IMG/VR virus record: IMGVR_UViG_3300020048_000045
Origin: an uncultured virus (IMG/VR IMGVR_UViG_3300020048_000045)
Taxonomy: Duplodnaviria > Heunggongvirae > Uroviricota > Caudoviricetes
Direction: 5' to 3' (one strand)
Length of the DNA: 59,522 nucleotides
Part shown: piece after piece, positions 17,754 through 27,533 of the stretch
Position numbering within the stretch: the first letter of the stretch is position 1
How the letters are laid out: every line of letters starts with the position of its first letter
Program-made: the position numbers and the translations under genes
The notes under the pieces: model-generated
Told to the model about the DNA's origin: nothing
Database searches by the model: none
Seen by the model: only the letters and a program-made list of their open reading frames with translations

Positions 17754-17760
17754 CAATTAT

Positions 17761-18132
17761 TTACAAGTTATCAAGCTCAGCCTGCAACTCTTCAAGACTC
17801 TTCGCAGAAAGGGCCTCATTTTGCTTCTGTGAGATCAATTCCATGATCTGAGCTTTACGTGCCTTCTTCTCAGCAGCCAGCTTCTTCACTTCAGCTTCTT
17901 CAAGTTTCACCTTGATGACATGCTTCACTATGTCAAATCCTAATTCCAATGTAGTATTGGATTTACTCTTGACAGTAATGAAACTCTCTTCAGCTTCAGC
18001 CTTGATCTTTCTGTTCAGATCCTTTGCAATACTATCCAGGCTGGTAAGGGTAAGATCCCAAAGATCTTCCACGTTAATAATTCCTACTGAGGAATTGAAA
18101 CGCAATTTTAATCTACTCGCTTTTTCAAACAT
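17761..18132 (-). CDS. Conserved phage coiled-coil protein
   Basis: MFEKASRLKLRF...VEDLWDL; recalled as the usual partner of the upstream large protein. Confidence 0.7.
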   Translation of the reverse strand: MFEKASRLKLRFNSSVGIINVEDLWDLTLTSLDSIAKDLNRKIKAEAEESFITVKSKSNTTLELGFDIVKHVIKVKLEEAEVKKLAAEKKARKAQIMELISQKQNEALSAKSLEELQAELDNL

Positions 18133-18143
18133 TGTAATTGGTT

Positions 18144-20168
18144 TTAGAAATTAACTTTTAATACCCTTGTAAATGCTCCTTCTACTCTGCATACAATGTG
18201 TGCTTTGTTGGTGGATGAGAAGCCAAGTCCACTCAACTGATCATCTGAAGGAGCAACTTTCATCTTATCCCCCAGTGCTTCAAACACACGTTTTTGTGCC
18301 ATCAGATCTTCCTTAAGGAATTCATTGAAGAATCCCCTTGGTGTTTCTGGATTCTTACACTTGTCCAGCATGAAGAATGTGTGCTTGTTTCCTACACCCT
18401 GACCATCCCAATAGTTGGGAGAAGCCATGATCATTGCTACCTTCTGAAACTGGTTTGTCTTAACGCCCCATACATCAGTGGATTTAACAGAACCAAGCTT
18501 GCTGTCAATCAATGATTTAACAGTGAATACACCATTCTCAAGTGTTACCTCAGCAATATTAATCACACCTTTGGCATTCCCTGTATAAGAGAAATTATAC
18601 ACCTGACCATCACACTCAACTTCAGCTGTGAATCCTGTGTTATGTCCTCCATCATAGTTATGAATAGACATTACATAGGTTCCGTTCAGCATTTTGTTGA
18701 GATCAGTCCAGGTGATGTTCTCTACACCAACTTTGGAAGGCCTGATCATATCCACATCAAGCATACCTGACATAGGCGTTTGTCTTCCCTTGAAAGTATT
18801 AAATGCAATATGTTGACCATTTCTGCCAGGCTCTTGTGCATGAGCATCAAAGTCACAGATCGAACGACCATCCTCATTCCACTGAATAGAGAACCTTAAC
18901 ACGCCTGAAACATTACCACCAGCAGCTTTAACACGTTCCTTCATGGAATCAGCAACATTGTTGTTGTATGCCCAGGAGAATCCATTGTTCCATTTGAATA
19001 ATGAAGGTGCATCTGATTTGGCAGGAGCAATCAAGCTTACAAGGTTCCCTGTATGCTGATTCTCTACAAGCACCTCAATGGTTGCAGCCTTAGGCACAAT
19101 CTTTTCAATAAAGTCATTTATTGAAACTTCTTCCACCTTTGAATAGGCCTTAGGATTAGTTGGCAACTCTTCCTTCAGGGATCCAAATACATCAGGAGCA
19201 TTGGCTTTCTTTGTCTCTCTGTCTACGAACAGGACATTGTTGACAGTGATGTCATCAACATGTGCATAACGTCTGCCCAGGGAATCAACCAATCCCATCT
19301 CCTGAAGCTTCAGCTGAGCTTCTTCAATCTGTTTCTTGGTCAGTAGAGCTGTAGGTCGTTTGTAATTTGCAGGAGCCATAATACGCTCAAATGCCCCAAC
19401 AGCATAGTCCAGTTCTTTTCCTTCAGATATATCTGTAAGAAGAGTACCAATAGCTGTGCTTCTGATCTTAACGACAGTTGCACCATGCTTGCTGTACTCA
19501 GCCCAGCAGTAATTGTCCTTCTGGTATGCAAGTTGCAGACTGTTGTAATTTTGTTTGAGTTTGAGGAATGCTTCAACCACACCCTTGAACTCAGCTCCCC
19601 TATAAATAGAGTTCTGCTCAATCAGTTCCAGGGTTGTGTTCAGTGCATCCACTGTGATCTCTTCAAGGCTACGCTTGAATGAATTACGTGTATCTCTTGC
19701 AAGACCACGTTTCTCATCCAATGATTCACCTCTGCCTAACCTTGTAACAAGATTGGCAGGCAGTATCACCTGGAAATGGTTCCAACGCTTCACTCCACCA
19801 CCTTCAAGTTGCTCAAAGTTATGGTCTGTTCCCAATTTGGGAACGTCAGAGACAAATATATCCCTGATTGGTGCTGATATAACCAATTGATTCAGGTGAG
19901 CAGCAACAGTCTTGAATGGCTCATCACAATCAATGTCCCACATAGATGTCACCTGGTTGTTCACAATAGCCACCACATTGGCGTAGGGCTTCAAGAACTG
20001 TCTGCATGAATTACAATTGTGATCTTGTCTTGTCTCCTCAGGAAACGCATTGAGATAGGTATCCCATATGAGATCTTTAGGAACATCTGTCAGATACAGT
20101 TGTGTCTGGCCAGTAATCATCAACTGGAACCTCTGCTGAAGTTTTGCTTTAAATTCTTCGAATGTCAT
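18144..20168 (-). CDS. Large conserved phage protein with YfaP-like domain
   Basis: Start taken at MTFEEF; HNCNSCRQF, DFDAHAQEP...LDVDM...VENITW, QLSGLGFSST motifs. Confidence 0.7.
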   Translation of the reverse strand: MTFEEFKAKLQQRFQLMITGQTQLYLTDVPKDLIWDTYLNAFPEETRQDHNCNSCRQFLKPYANVVAIVNNQVTSMWDIDCDEPFKTVAAHLNQLVISAPIRDIFVSDVPKLGTDHNFEQLEGGGVKRWNHFQVILPANLVTRLGRGESLDEKRGLARDTRNSFKRSLEEITVDALNTTLELIEQNSIYRGAEFKGVVEAFLKLKQNYNSLQLAYQKDNYCWAEYSKHGATVVKIRSTAIGTLLTDISEGKELDYAVGAFERIMAPANYKRPTALLTKKQIEEAQLKLQEMGLVDSLGRRYAHVDDITVNNVLFVDRETKKANAPDVFGSLKEELPTNPKAYSKVEEVSINDFIEKIVPKAATIEVLVENQHTGNLVSLIAPAKSDAPSLFKWNNGFSWAYNNNVADSMKERVKAAGGNVSGVLRFSIQWNEDGRSICDFDAHAQEPGRNGQHIAFNTFKGRQTPMSGMLDVDMIRPSKVGVENITWTDLNKMLNGTYVMSIHNYDGGHNTGFTAEVECDGQVYNFSYTGNAKGVINIAEVTLENGVFTVKSLIDSKLGSVKSTDVWGVKTNQFQKVAMIMASPNYWDGQGVGNKHTFFMLDKCKNPETPRGFFNEFLKEDLMAQKRVFEALGDKMKVAPSDDQLSGLGFSSTNKAHIVCRVEGAFTRVLKVNF

Positions 20169-20214
20169 ATTCTTAGGGTTTAAAAAGGGTGACATTTCTG
20201 CCACCCTTTGATTA

Positions 20215-20997
20215 TTACTTCATCAACAATGAAAATGGCTGATTGCCATACAATGGAACCTTTGTGTCCCTCCAAGCCTGGATCATTTCCCATTGCAATA
20301 TCTGGGGAGTTAATCCTCTTGAACGAATGATGTTCTGTTGTGCCTTCAGTTCCTCAAGTTCATTAAGCTTACGTTGCTCAGCTATCTGTTGATCCAACAC
20401 AGTCAGGTTTGTATTAACCTCGTTACGTTTATCAATCTTTTCTGTAACAGCAGAAGTAAATTCCAGCTGAGCTGAGAAAGACAACAAGTCCAATCCACGT
20501 TTATTAAATGCTTCCTTTACAATATCCTGAAGACGGTTCTCAAATGCTAAAGAGCCACCATCTGCCATCAACTGCTCAGTTTTGAACTTCCTGGATTCTT
20601 CCTTAATAAGATCATAGATCATAGGCTCAAGAACATTATCCATCAATGCATCCATAAAGTTATCATCAGATCCTAATTGCTTATTGTCAAAGACAACATC
20701 AACAGCTCTGCTTTCAATGATCCTGAATGAATACATAGGACGGGAAGAGAATGCTGTATTGTCTGCAGACTTCAAATTCAAGACCCTGTCACCAAATGTA
20801 CCACGCTGTTCCCATAAAGGGACAGTGAATAACTCTGTACCAGGAGCAGCTGTCCACACTTTTCCTTTCTGAAGGGAGAAGTCACTTTTCCCATTCTTAC
20901 CATAGTTGGTCATCAACACTCCCTGCTCATTAGGTCCTACACGCTCACAGCTCACAAGAGCAAATACGAACATCACAAATAACAATAACTTCTTCAT
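20215..20997 (-). CDS. SPFH/band 7 domain lipoprotein
   Basis: Lipobox LVSC, ERVGPNEQGV, SRGLTPQILQWEMIQAW. Confidence 0.85.
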   Translation of the reverse strand: MKKLLLFVMFVFALVSCERVGPNEQGVLMTNYGKNGKSDFSLQKGKVWTAAPGTELFTVPLWEQRGTFGDRVLNLKSADNTAFSSRPMYSFRIIESRAVDVVFDNKQLGSDDNFMDALMDNVLEPMIYDLIKEESRKFKTEQLMADGGSLAFENRLQDIVKEAFNKRGLDLLSFSAQLEFTSAVTEKIDKRNEVNTNLTVLDQQIAEQRKLNELEELKAQQNIIRSRGLTPQILQWEMIQAWRDTKVPLYGNQPFSLLMK

Positions 20998-21155
20998 TGG
21001 TTTTCTTTATTAAATTGTTTGAATAAATACACAAATAATGCGACCACATTTGTAAACACTATTCCAAGCCCTATCCATGCATCAATGTGATTAAATGATA
21101 GAAAGGCAACATACATAACCACCAGGAATAATCCCAGTGCAACGAAATACTTCAT
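20994..21155 (-). CDS. Small two-helix membrane protein (53 aa)
   Basis: Manual ORF MKYFVALGLFLVVMYVAF..., overlapping the SPFH start. Confidence 0.6.
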   Translation of the reverse strand: MKYFVALGLFLVVMYVAFLSFNHIDAWIGLGIVFTNVVALFVYLFKQFNKENQ

Positions 21156-21853
21156 AATAAGAGAATTAATAGGCGTTCATCATAACCACGATGTTTAACA
21201 AGATCTATCTGATAAGAAGCTCTGTTTATAACATACTGTAACTCTTGCATTTGCTTCAGAAGATGATCTTCATATGGATCTCTCAATAGATATCCTAACG
21301 GATTTACTTCCTTTGGAGACTTTGCAAATATAGCTGCCATTGTAGAATCATATAGATCAGATGTAAGATTACCAGGTTTATAAACAACGTCCTCATCAGA
21401 AATCATTTGCTTTACACCTACACCTCGCTTATCATTGTAATACTCAGTGATATGATCATCCTTGGCATTATGAGTATCAATTGTACCCTGAGGAAAATCA
21501 GTGGTTCCACCCATTCCAGAGAGTCTATCGCCTGAAATGACAGTCTGATACATGTAAGGCTTCTTGCTATGAGAGGGTGTATACCCCAACCATATCTTCT
21601 TGCTAAGACACATAGCAAGCCTAATCTCTGAACATGTTCCTCTGGGAAGAGATTCAATATGATGCTCCCACTTATTATCAGGAAGGATCACTACCACAGC
21701 ATCAGCATCTCGTAAAGGCTGATCATTGTAGGTTGATCCTCTTCTCCAATAATCAACGGCTGCTCCCATATCTACAAGTTTCTTTACATAAGAATTAAGT
21801 GTAGATATAGGAACAGACATTGGACATGATATATAGACCTTAAACTTGCTCAT
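21152..21853 (-). CDS. Nucleoside 2-deoxyribosyltransferase-like domain protein
   Basis: VYISCPMS...LRDADAVVVIL...RGTCSEIRLAMCLSKKI pattern. Confidence 0.5.
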   Translation of the reverse strand: MSKFKVYISCPMSVPISTLNSYVKKLVDMGAAVDYWRRGSTYNDQPLRDADAVVVILPDNKWEHHIESLPRGTCSEIRLAMCLSKKIWLGYTPSHSKKPYMYQTVISGDRLSGMGGTTDFPQGTIDTHNAKDDHITEYYNDKRGVGVKQMISDEDVVYKPGNLTSDLYDSTMAAIFAKSPKEVNPLGYLLRDPYEDHLLKQMQELQYVINRASYQIDLVKHRGYDERLLILLL

Positions 21854-22169
21854 CTTCAAAGAGATCATCAAATGCAGTCTTGGTAAGCTTCAGCTCAAGC
21901 TCAGCCAGGCCTTTGCTGTATTTGAGCTTGATGGCCTTGCGTACACGGTCCTCCACTTCAGGACGACTGATCTTATCAATCCCCTTATTCAGATCTGTAT
22001 TCAGGGAGAAGTCCAGTTGGTCCTCAATCTGGGTGTCAAGATTTGCAATCCTGTCCTCAATAGGCTGGATCATCTCTTTCCTAAGAGTTTCACGGATTCT
22101 CTTTTCGTAATCCTTAGCTTTGCTCTCAATTGAAGGAGCATGTTGTAAAAGACTCAAAACTTTGTTCAT
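21840..22169 (-). CDS. Hypothetical coiled-coil protein
   Basis: ORF packing. Confidence 0.6.
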   Translation of the reverse strand: MNKVLSLLQHAPSIESKAKDYEKRIRETLRKEMIQPIEDRIANLDTQIEDQLDFSLNTDLNKGIDKISRPEVEDRVRKAIKLKYSKGLAELELKLTKTAFDDLFEDEQV

Positions 22170-22171
22170 TT

Positions 22172-22729
22172 TTATTGGTTTTTGTGGGTAAATAATTCAT
22201 AATGCTGTGCAAATACTTCATCCTGTGGAAGAGGACAATTCTCAATCCAGGGATTGAATGTAATTCTCTTCCAGAATGCTGGTTTAATTCTCACACGATG
22301 CTCTACATCAGGGAACACCTGAAGACGCATTGAATGGTCTTTGAACATATTATCAAACAATTGCAATTGTTCTAACAGATCAAGCTCAAATTCGTCCACA
22401 TCTTCGTGAATAGTAATATGAAATCCATCAAAATATGCAAGGTCTGCTGTTTTGTTCAAACGCATAAATGTGTTCCAGAATGCCCTGATGTGTGCAGTGT
22501 ATAGATAGACCTTGATGTTAGGATTAAGGATTTTAATTGACTTGGCAAGATCTACTGTCTTATCAGGAAACAACAATGGCTCTCCTCCAGTGATAATCAC
22601 TTCATCATATTTGTCATATTCTTCAGTGATCATTACCTGAGGAAGGCCATTGAGATTCCATTCTTTATTGCAACATCCAGCACAGCTACGGTTACATAGC
22701 TGTGTGACCAGCAATCTCAGCTTTTTCAT
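22172..22729 (-). CDS. Radical SAM protein (short, activase/QueE-like fold)
   Basis: CNRSCAGC (CxxxCxxC), IITGGEPLL. Confidence 0.85.
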   Translation of the reverse strand: MKKLRLLVTQLCNRSCAGCCNKEWNLNGLPQVMITEEYDKYDEVIITGGEPLLFPDKTVDLAKSIKILNPNIKVYLYTAHIRAFWNTFMRLNKTADLAYFDGFHITIHEDVDEFELDLLEQLQLFDNMFKDHSMRLQVFPDVEHRVRIKPAFWKRITFNPWIENCPLPQDEVFAQHYELFTHKNQ

Positions 22730-23118
22730 TGATAGTTGTTCTTAAGAATCCGATATTGATACTGCATATCACTGTAGTGTATTCTAATCACCAGCTGTGT
22801 CTGCTGATACCAAAAATCAATCCGTATGGTTTGATACTTGCTATCTGTTGCCAGGGATGTATAATACTTTTGTCCACTGTCACCAGCATAACGCTCTTCC
22901 ATTGACACCCAGTCAATGATTTGCTCTTCCTTACTTTTGATGATCACACGTTTTTTGTCTAGATCTATCATAATAGGAATGCTACATAATTCCCACTTAT
23001 CAAACTCAGGCTGATATTCAGTTTTAAAGGAAATACCTTTGGCTGTGAACCATGTTTCCTCAGCTACGGCTGTCATACTAATGACAACCATAGCTATAAG
23101 TGCAATTAACTTTTTCAT
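22726..23118 (-). CDS. Hypothetical secreted protein
   Basis: Signal peptide MKKLIALIAMVVISMTAVA. Confidence 0.65.
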   Translation of the reverse strand: MKKLIALIAMVVISMTAVAEETWFTAKGISFKTEYQPEFDKWELCSIPIMIDLDKKRVIIKSKEEQIIDWVSMEERYAGDSGQKYYTSLATDSKYQTIRIDFWYQQTQLVIRIHYSDMQYQYRILKNNYQ

Positions 23119-23384
23119 GCTGCTTTCTTTTGCCAGCCTTTCAGCTTTCTACGCTGTATTACATTGGCAGGAGGAAGAGGAATAGTCCTCATTGTTCCAA
23201 AGCTGAATGTAGAGCCTGTCTTCTTATGCTTTGTAGCTTGTTCTTTCTTAGCTCTACGCCATTCCCATCTGTTAGTATAGCCATTTATTTGGGCTTCACC
23301 AATCTTTGGGATTACATTACCGTTTTTGTCCCTTTCTGCAGGGAAATACCTTTTACTCATCTCTTTGAAGTTTTTCAAGTTCAC
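23115..23384 (-). CDS. Hypothetical basic protein
   Basis: ORF packing. Confidence 0.55.
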   Translation of the reverse strand: MNLKNFKEMSKRYFPAERDKNGNVIPKIGEAQINGYTNRWEWRRAKKEQATKHKKTGSTFSFGTMRTIPLPPANVIQRRKLKGWQKKAA

Positions 23385-23709
23385 GTCTCATCATAGCTTT
23401 AGCAACGGGCTCATAAGCACGTAGATATACATAGTGCAAGAGTCCAATAATTCCCTGTATGGCAAACCATTGAAGGATAAAGTAGCATACATTGTAGAAC
23501 GTAAAGGTTATGTTTGTATCAAACACAAATAACAATCCCAATGTAATATAGTGACTTAAGCACCATGGACAATGTATCAGCTCCTCAAGCTTATGGTGTA
23601 CAGGAGCAATAAGCTCCCGTAACCATAAGAATATAGAGGTACTGGTAATCGTAAATGATATGCTGGCACTAGCCAGAGCAATCATAAACAACACAACTAT
23701 TGTTTCCAT
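23353..23709 (-). CDS. Membrane protein, DUF1360-like
   Basis: Hydrophobic helices with ELIHCPWCLS motif. Confidence 0.65.
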   Translation of the reverse strand: METIVVLFMIALASASISFTITSTSIFLWLRELIAPVHHKLEELIHCPWCLSHYITLGLLFVFDTNITFTFYNVCYFILQWFAIQGIIGLLHYVYLRAYEPVAKAMMRRELEKLQRDE

Positions 23710-23713
23710 ATTA

Positions 23714-23944
23714 TCACTTGTCGTTTTTCTCAAGTTTTTTAATACGATCACCATTTTTCAGTGGAGAATCGTAAGGAACTTCACGAGTTATATCAATATC
23801 GCTACACCCACATCCACAGCAAGACTTATACACAAGTCTTACAACCCTTGTTGCAGGCTGTTTTTCGATTTCTGCCAGCTTTGCAGCCAGATCAACATTG
23901 TTGGTAGATACACTCACTTCTGCTTGTTTTTTCACTTGTTTCAT
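23714..23944 (-). CDS. Hypothetical protein with CCGCGC motif
   Basis: YKSCCGCGCSD. Confidence 0.6.
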   Translation of the reverse strand: MKQVKKQAEVSVSTNNVDLAAKLAEIEKQPATRVVRLVYKSCCGCGCSDIDITREVPYDSPLKNGDRIKKLEKNDK

Positions 23945-23957
23945 AACACTTTTTGTT

Positions 23958-25049
23958 TTAATGATGGTTTGTTGCTTCTACAATATCTTGCAAGGTTACA
24001 CCTGATGCAATCTTGCTGTCGTTAATCTTACGAACAATTGCATTCTCTATTCCAAGATTAACAATTGATTCAATAAGAGCTCCAGAAATCTCTTCCTGAA
24101 GTTTATCCACACTGAACAGATAGGATGCTGCATCCTTAGCCAGTATATCCATATTTCCCAACACCTTTGTTTTCTTAAGGTGTATCTTGAAAATATCAAC
24201 ACAATCATCCTGGCTTGGTCTGCCAACATATATCTTCAGATCAATCCTACCAGGACGCTGAATTGCTTCATCAATCCTCTCCCTATAATTGGTGGCAAGG
24301 ATGACAAATGGATTATTGCCCTCAAATCCATCCATCTCTGAAAGGAACGTAGGCACAATGGTGGTATCAACATCCGAAGATGTTCTACTTCCTCGTGGAG
24401 GCAATAAAGCTTCAGCTTCATCAATGAATATGATAGGACGTTTCTTTGTCTTCACATATGTTTTGCGAGCACTGTCGAACATGTTCTTAATCCTGTTCTC
24501 AGCCTCACCAACCCACTTGCTCAACAATTCACCACCCTTGACATAAACAAATGCCTGCTGTGTTACTGTTCCCTCAATCATAGAGGAAGCAATAGCTTTT
24601 GCAATCATTGTCTTACCACATCCAGGAGGACCATAGAGCAAGATTCCTTTAGAAGATGGAAGTTTAAACTCTTTGTACAATTCCTTGTACTTGTGAGGAT
24701 ACTCCACTTTCTTCTGAATACTCTCAATCTGGCTCTTCATTCCACCAATATCACTCCAATTGATGCGTGTGAATTCTACTGTAGACTCTTCTGAACTAAT
24801 CAAAGATTCAGGAAGAACTTCCACAATCATACCATCCACAACAATAACATGCTGTCCTACCTTTGCAGCAAACTTAGGAGATGTTGCAATAATTTCTGAT
24901 CCATCAGATTTTATCTTGTAATATCCTTTATCTGGACCAGCTACTATCACTCCTTCTTTCTTAAGCTTTACTTCCATCATCTCTTTGAAAAGCTTGTCAT
25001 ACTTCTTTACTTTGTCAACTAATTCGTTATACTCACTCATTGTTGCCAT
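23958..25049 (-). CDS. Classical AAA+ ATPase, ARC/Mpa (proteasomal ATPase)-like
   Basis: GILLYGPPGCGKT, ELLSKWVGEAE pore loop, IFIDEAE, SSDVDTTIVPTFLSEMDG, IDEAIQRPGRID. Confidence 0.85.
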   Translation of the reverse strand: MATMSEYNELVDKVKKYDKLFKEMMEVKLKKEGVIVAGPDKGYYKIKSDGSEIIATSPKFAAKVGQHVIVVDGMIVEVLPESLISSEESTVEFTRINWSDIGGMKSQIESIQKKVEYPHKYKELYKEFKLPSSKGILLYGPPGCGKTMIAKAIASSMIEGTVTQQAFVYVKGGELLSKWVGEAENRIKNMFDSARKTYVKTKKRPIIFIDEAEALLPPRGSRTSSDVDTTIVPTFLSEMDGFEGNNPFVILATNYRERIDEAIQRPGRIDLKIYVGRPSQDDCVDIFKIHLKKTKVLGNMDILAKDAASYLFSVDKLQEEISGALIESIVNLGIENAIVRKINDSKIASGVTLQDIVEATNHH

Positions 25050-25064
25050 AATCTCTTTCTGGGT

Positions 25065-25625
25065 TTAGAATTTGCTTTTTAATTCTCTTTCTTGTATTAT
25101 TCTCTTCAACTTGCTGACATACTCTTTGTCCTGAGCATAGTATTGTGCCAGATAGCTGTAGTATTCATCTTCTGTATTTATAGAGGACAAATAGGTGGCT
25201 GAATAGAATGCCCTGTCATAGACAGAATCCATCCAGTTCTTATAAACTGCGTGGCCATTGTTAGTCCCTGTGCATGTTGTAATACGTACAACAGCTTCCT
25301 TCATGCCAAACAGATTATTATTCTCTTTAAAGATTGGAGATGTATAGTAGCCTGTCTCAATCATAGATTGTGCAAGTACTACGTGAGGAAATGGAAAATT
25401 AAGATTTTTGATCAGGGTGATCAATTTCTCCTCACTGAACTCATTTTGTTTCGCAATAATAACTTTAACTTCGTGTTCTTTGCGAGTCTTTTCTAATCCA
25501 GGTAGCATTGCTACCATGAAGAATATGCCAATAATTAATAAGCTACCAACAATCCCAATCTTTGTGATATGATCCATCCATTTGAGCTTAATAAACTCCA
25601 ATGTATGCTTATCAAATTTATACAT
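25065..25625 (-). CDS. Glucosaminidase (GH73-like) peptidoglycan hydrolase with membrane anchor
   Basis: AQSMIETGYY, NNLFGMK, YAQDKEY; N-terminal TM helix; start taken at MYKFDK. Confidence 0.8.
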   Translation of the reverse strand: MYKFDKHTLEFIKLKWMDHITKIGIVGSLLIIGIFFMVAMLPGLEKTRKEHEVKVIIAKQNEFSEEKLITLIKNLNFPFPHVVLAQSMIETGYYTSPIFKENNNLFGMKEAVVRITTCTGTNNGHAVYKNWMDSVYDRAFYSATYLSSINTEDEYYSYLAQYYAQDKEYVSKLKRIIQERELKSKF

Positions 25626-25739
25626 CTTTTCTTGGAATTGACACAACTGATCCACATTTAGGACACACAATATGGTAGTGATATGTGCCACAAGCAGCAC
25701 ACATCACACCATTTGTATTATCTGTAGATTCTGAGCTCA

Positions 25740-26033
25740 TTATTCTTCTTTCTTGGCAGCTTTCTTGGCAGCTTTAGCAGCCTTCTTTACAAGATCCTCA
25801 GCCTCAGCCTTCTCAATCATCTTGTCAAGAGCAGACATAAGAACATTAGCAAGCTCAGCAGCTGCTTCCTTTGGATTCTTTTTCATGTCCTGCATAAGCT
25901 GATCTTTAGCCCAGGCTATCATAGCTCCTGCTTCCATCTTGCTCACACGTTTGATGCTGAGTCCAAGACCAATTCCTTCTTCCTGACGATCAATAGTAAT
26001 AACTACTTTTCCTTTTTTTGCTTTTGCTTCCAT
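25740..26033 (-). CDS. Hypothetical protein
   Basis: ORF with A-rich leader. Confidence 0.6.
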   Translation of the reverse strand: MEAKAKKGKVVITIDRQEEGIGLGLSIKRVSKMEAGAMIAWAKDQLMQDMKKNPKEAAAELANVLMSALDKMIEKAEAEDLVKKAAKAAKKAAKKEE

Positions 26034-26058
26034 AATAATTATTTGGTTTTAAAAAATT

Positions 26059-26265
26059 TCATTCGTTGATACTACCAGATAACGCATCCAGTATTTCGTT
26101 TTGTGCAATTGTTGTTTTATCCATAGGTAATGGATTTGTACTAAGCCTGTGATTAGCAATCCAGGCATTCAGATATTCAACACTAACAAACTTCTGAGAC
26201 CTTGCCCGTGATGAATATTTAAAATCATTCACATGCTCCTTGTTGAGAAATACGAACTTTTCCAT
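26059..26265 (-). CDS. Hypothetical protein
   Basis: ORF packing. Confidence 0.5.
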   Translation of the reverse strand: MEKFVFLNKEHVNDFKYSSRARSQKFVSVEYLNAWIANHRLSTNPLPMDKTTIAQNEILDALSGSINE

Positions 26266-26270
26266 AGCTG

Positions 26271-26483
26271 TTAAATTAAATTCAGATGTAAATATACATC
26301 TTTATAAAACTCTAACATAATCTGATCAGCAAATCTTTGATTCAAGTGTTCAGCTAATGGCAATTCTTCAACTTTCTCTTCGTATTTATGGATGTGTGCA
26401 CTGCATTTAGCAAGAGCTTTATTCTTACCATACACTTTTATCATAACACGAGCAGTATCTGCTATTTGTTTTTGTGTTGTCAT
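26271..26483 (-). CDS. Hypothetical protein
   Basis: ORF packing. Confidence 0.55.
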   Translation of the reverse strand: MTTQKQIADTARVMIKVYGKNKALAKCSAHIHKYEEKVEELPLAEHLNQRFADQIMLEFYKDVYLHLNLI

Positions 26484-26758
26484 TTTACAGCTTTCAATAA
26501 GTTCTTAGCCATAGCCAGGTGAATCCTGGCATCATTAATCTCCTTATGTGCATGAATGCTGTATATTTCAGCAGTCTCATCCATCAGCACACTTAGTAAT
26601 GTATTACAATGCTTGAGCATCAGGTCAAAGTTCAGCTCTTCTGCATCGAGCACACCTATTCCAGCAGCCTCCTTCACATCTGTTTCAGGAGGACCAACAG
26701 GCTTGATCTCTCTTTGAGACCAGCCTGTCATATCCTTTGGAAAAGAAATATTACTCAT
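26480..26758 (-). CDS. Hypothetical protein
   Basis: ORF packing. Confidence 0.55.
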   Translation of the reverse strand: MSNISFPKDMTGWSQREIKPVGPPETDVKEAAGIGVLDAEELNFDLMLKHCNTLLSVLMDETAEIYSIHAHKEINDARIHLAMAKNLLKAVK

Positions 26759-26761
26759 TCT

Positions 26762-27178
26762 TTACAGTGTAGCTTTAACCTTCTTTGCACGAGGTTTAAT
26801 TGTCACTGAGAGCACACAATCGTTCTCATCCACCTGAGCAACATATCCCATCTGATCAATAGCTTCCTTGAAAGGAATATCATAGTTGTCAATGATAAGA
26901 ACACTCACTCCTGGTTTGATGTAAGCACAAGGATCTACTCTCTTGCCATCAATTCTTCTGATAGCCATGAATATGATCTCAACTGAGTCTTTCACAGCCT
27001 TCTTCATCTCATCAACAATCTCCTGAGCTGGAGTGTCATCCTTCTTAAGGGTGGCATGAATCTCTTTTGCATCAGCAACAAACTTTGATGGCTCGAAGGC
27101 TCCTACTGAATGCATCATATCATTGATCTCTTTGTATGCAGCAATAACGTCAACAACTGCCTTTTTGTCTTTTTTCAT
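26762..27178 (-). CDS. Hypothetical protein
   Basis: 138-aa ORF on the coding strand. Confidence 0.6.
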   Translation of the reverse strand: MKKDKKAVVDVIAAYKEINDMMHSVGAFEPSKFVADAKEIHATLKKDDTPAQEIVDEMKKAVKDSVEIIFMAIRRIDGKRVDPCAYIKPGVSVLIIDNYDIPFKEAIDQMGYVAQVDENDCVLSVTIKPRAKKVKATL

Positions 27179-27344
27179 GGGAATTTTATTAAGAGCTTCC
27201 GTCAGGGGCCATTATGCCCCATCAGGAAACCCAAATGTTTTTAAATGAATGTAATTATAAATCTCACGGCAAAATATGCAAAGCCTAACACCAGGATACC
27301 CTCTGTAAGAGTCTTATTCCTGAATATACTTTTCCTTCTCATGA

Positions 27345-27533
27345 TTAATTGAGACATAAAATATGTTCAGATCTGTATCTCTCAGCCAATGTTATCACTC
27401 TGATGAGTGCTGCACTACGTACATGATTCATTGCTGCATCACATTTAGCAGCTGTGATATCACGTTCTGTTTCCCTGGTATAAACCAATCCTTCCTTTTT
27501 CACTCTGCGTGAACTGTACAATTTTCTCCTCAT
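27345..27533 (-). CDS. Hypothetical protein
   Basis: Preceded by TAAAACCCAAACAAA leader. Confidence 0.5.
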   Translation of the reverse strand: MRRKLYSSRRVKKEGLVYTRETERDITAAKCDAAMNHVRSAALIRVITLAERYRSEHILCLN

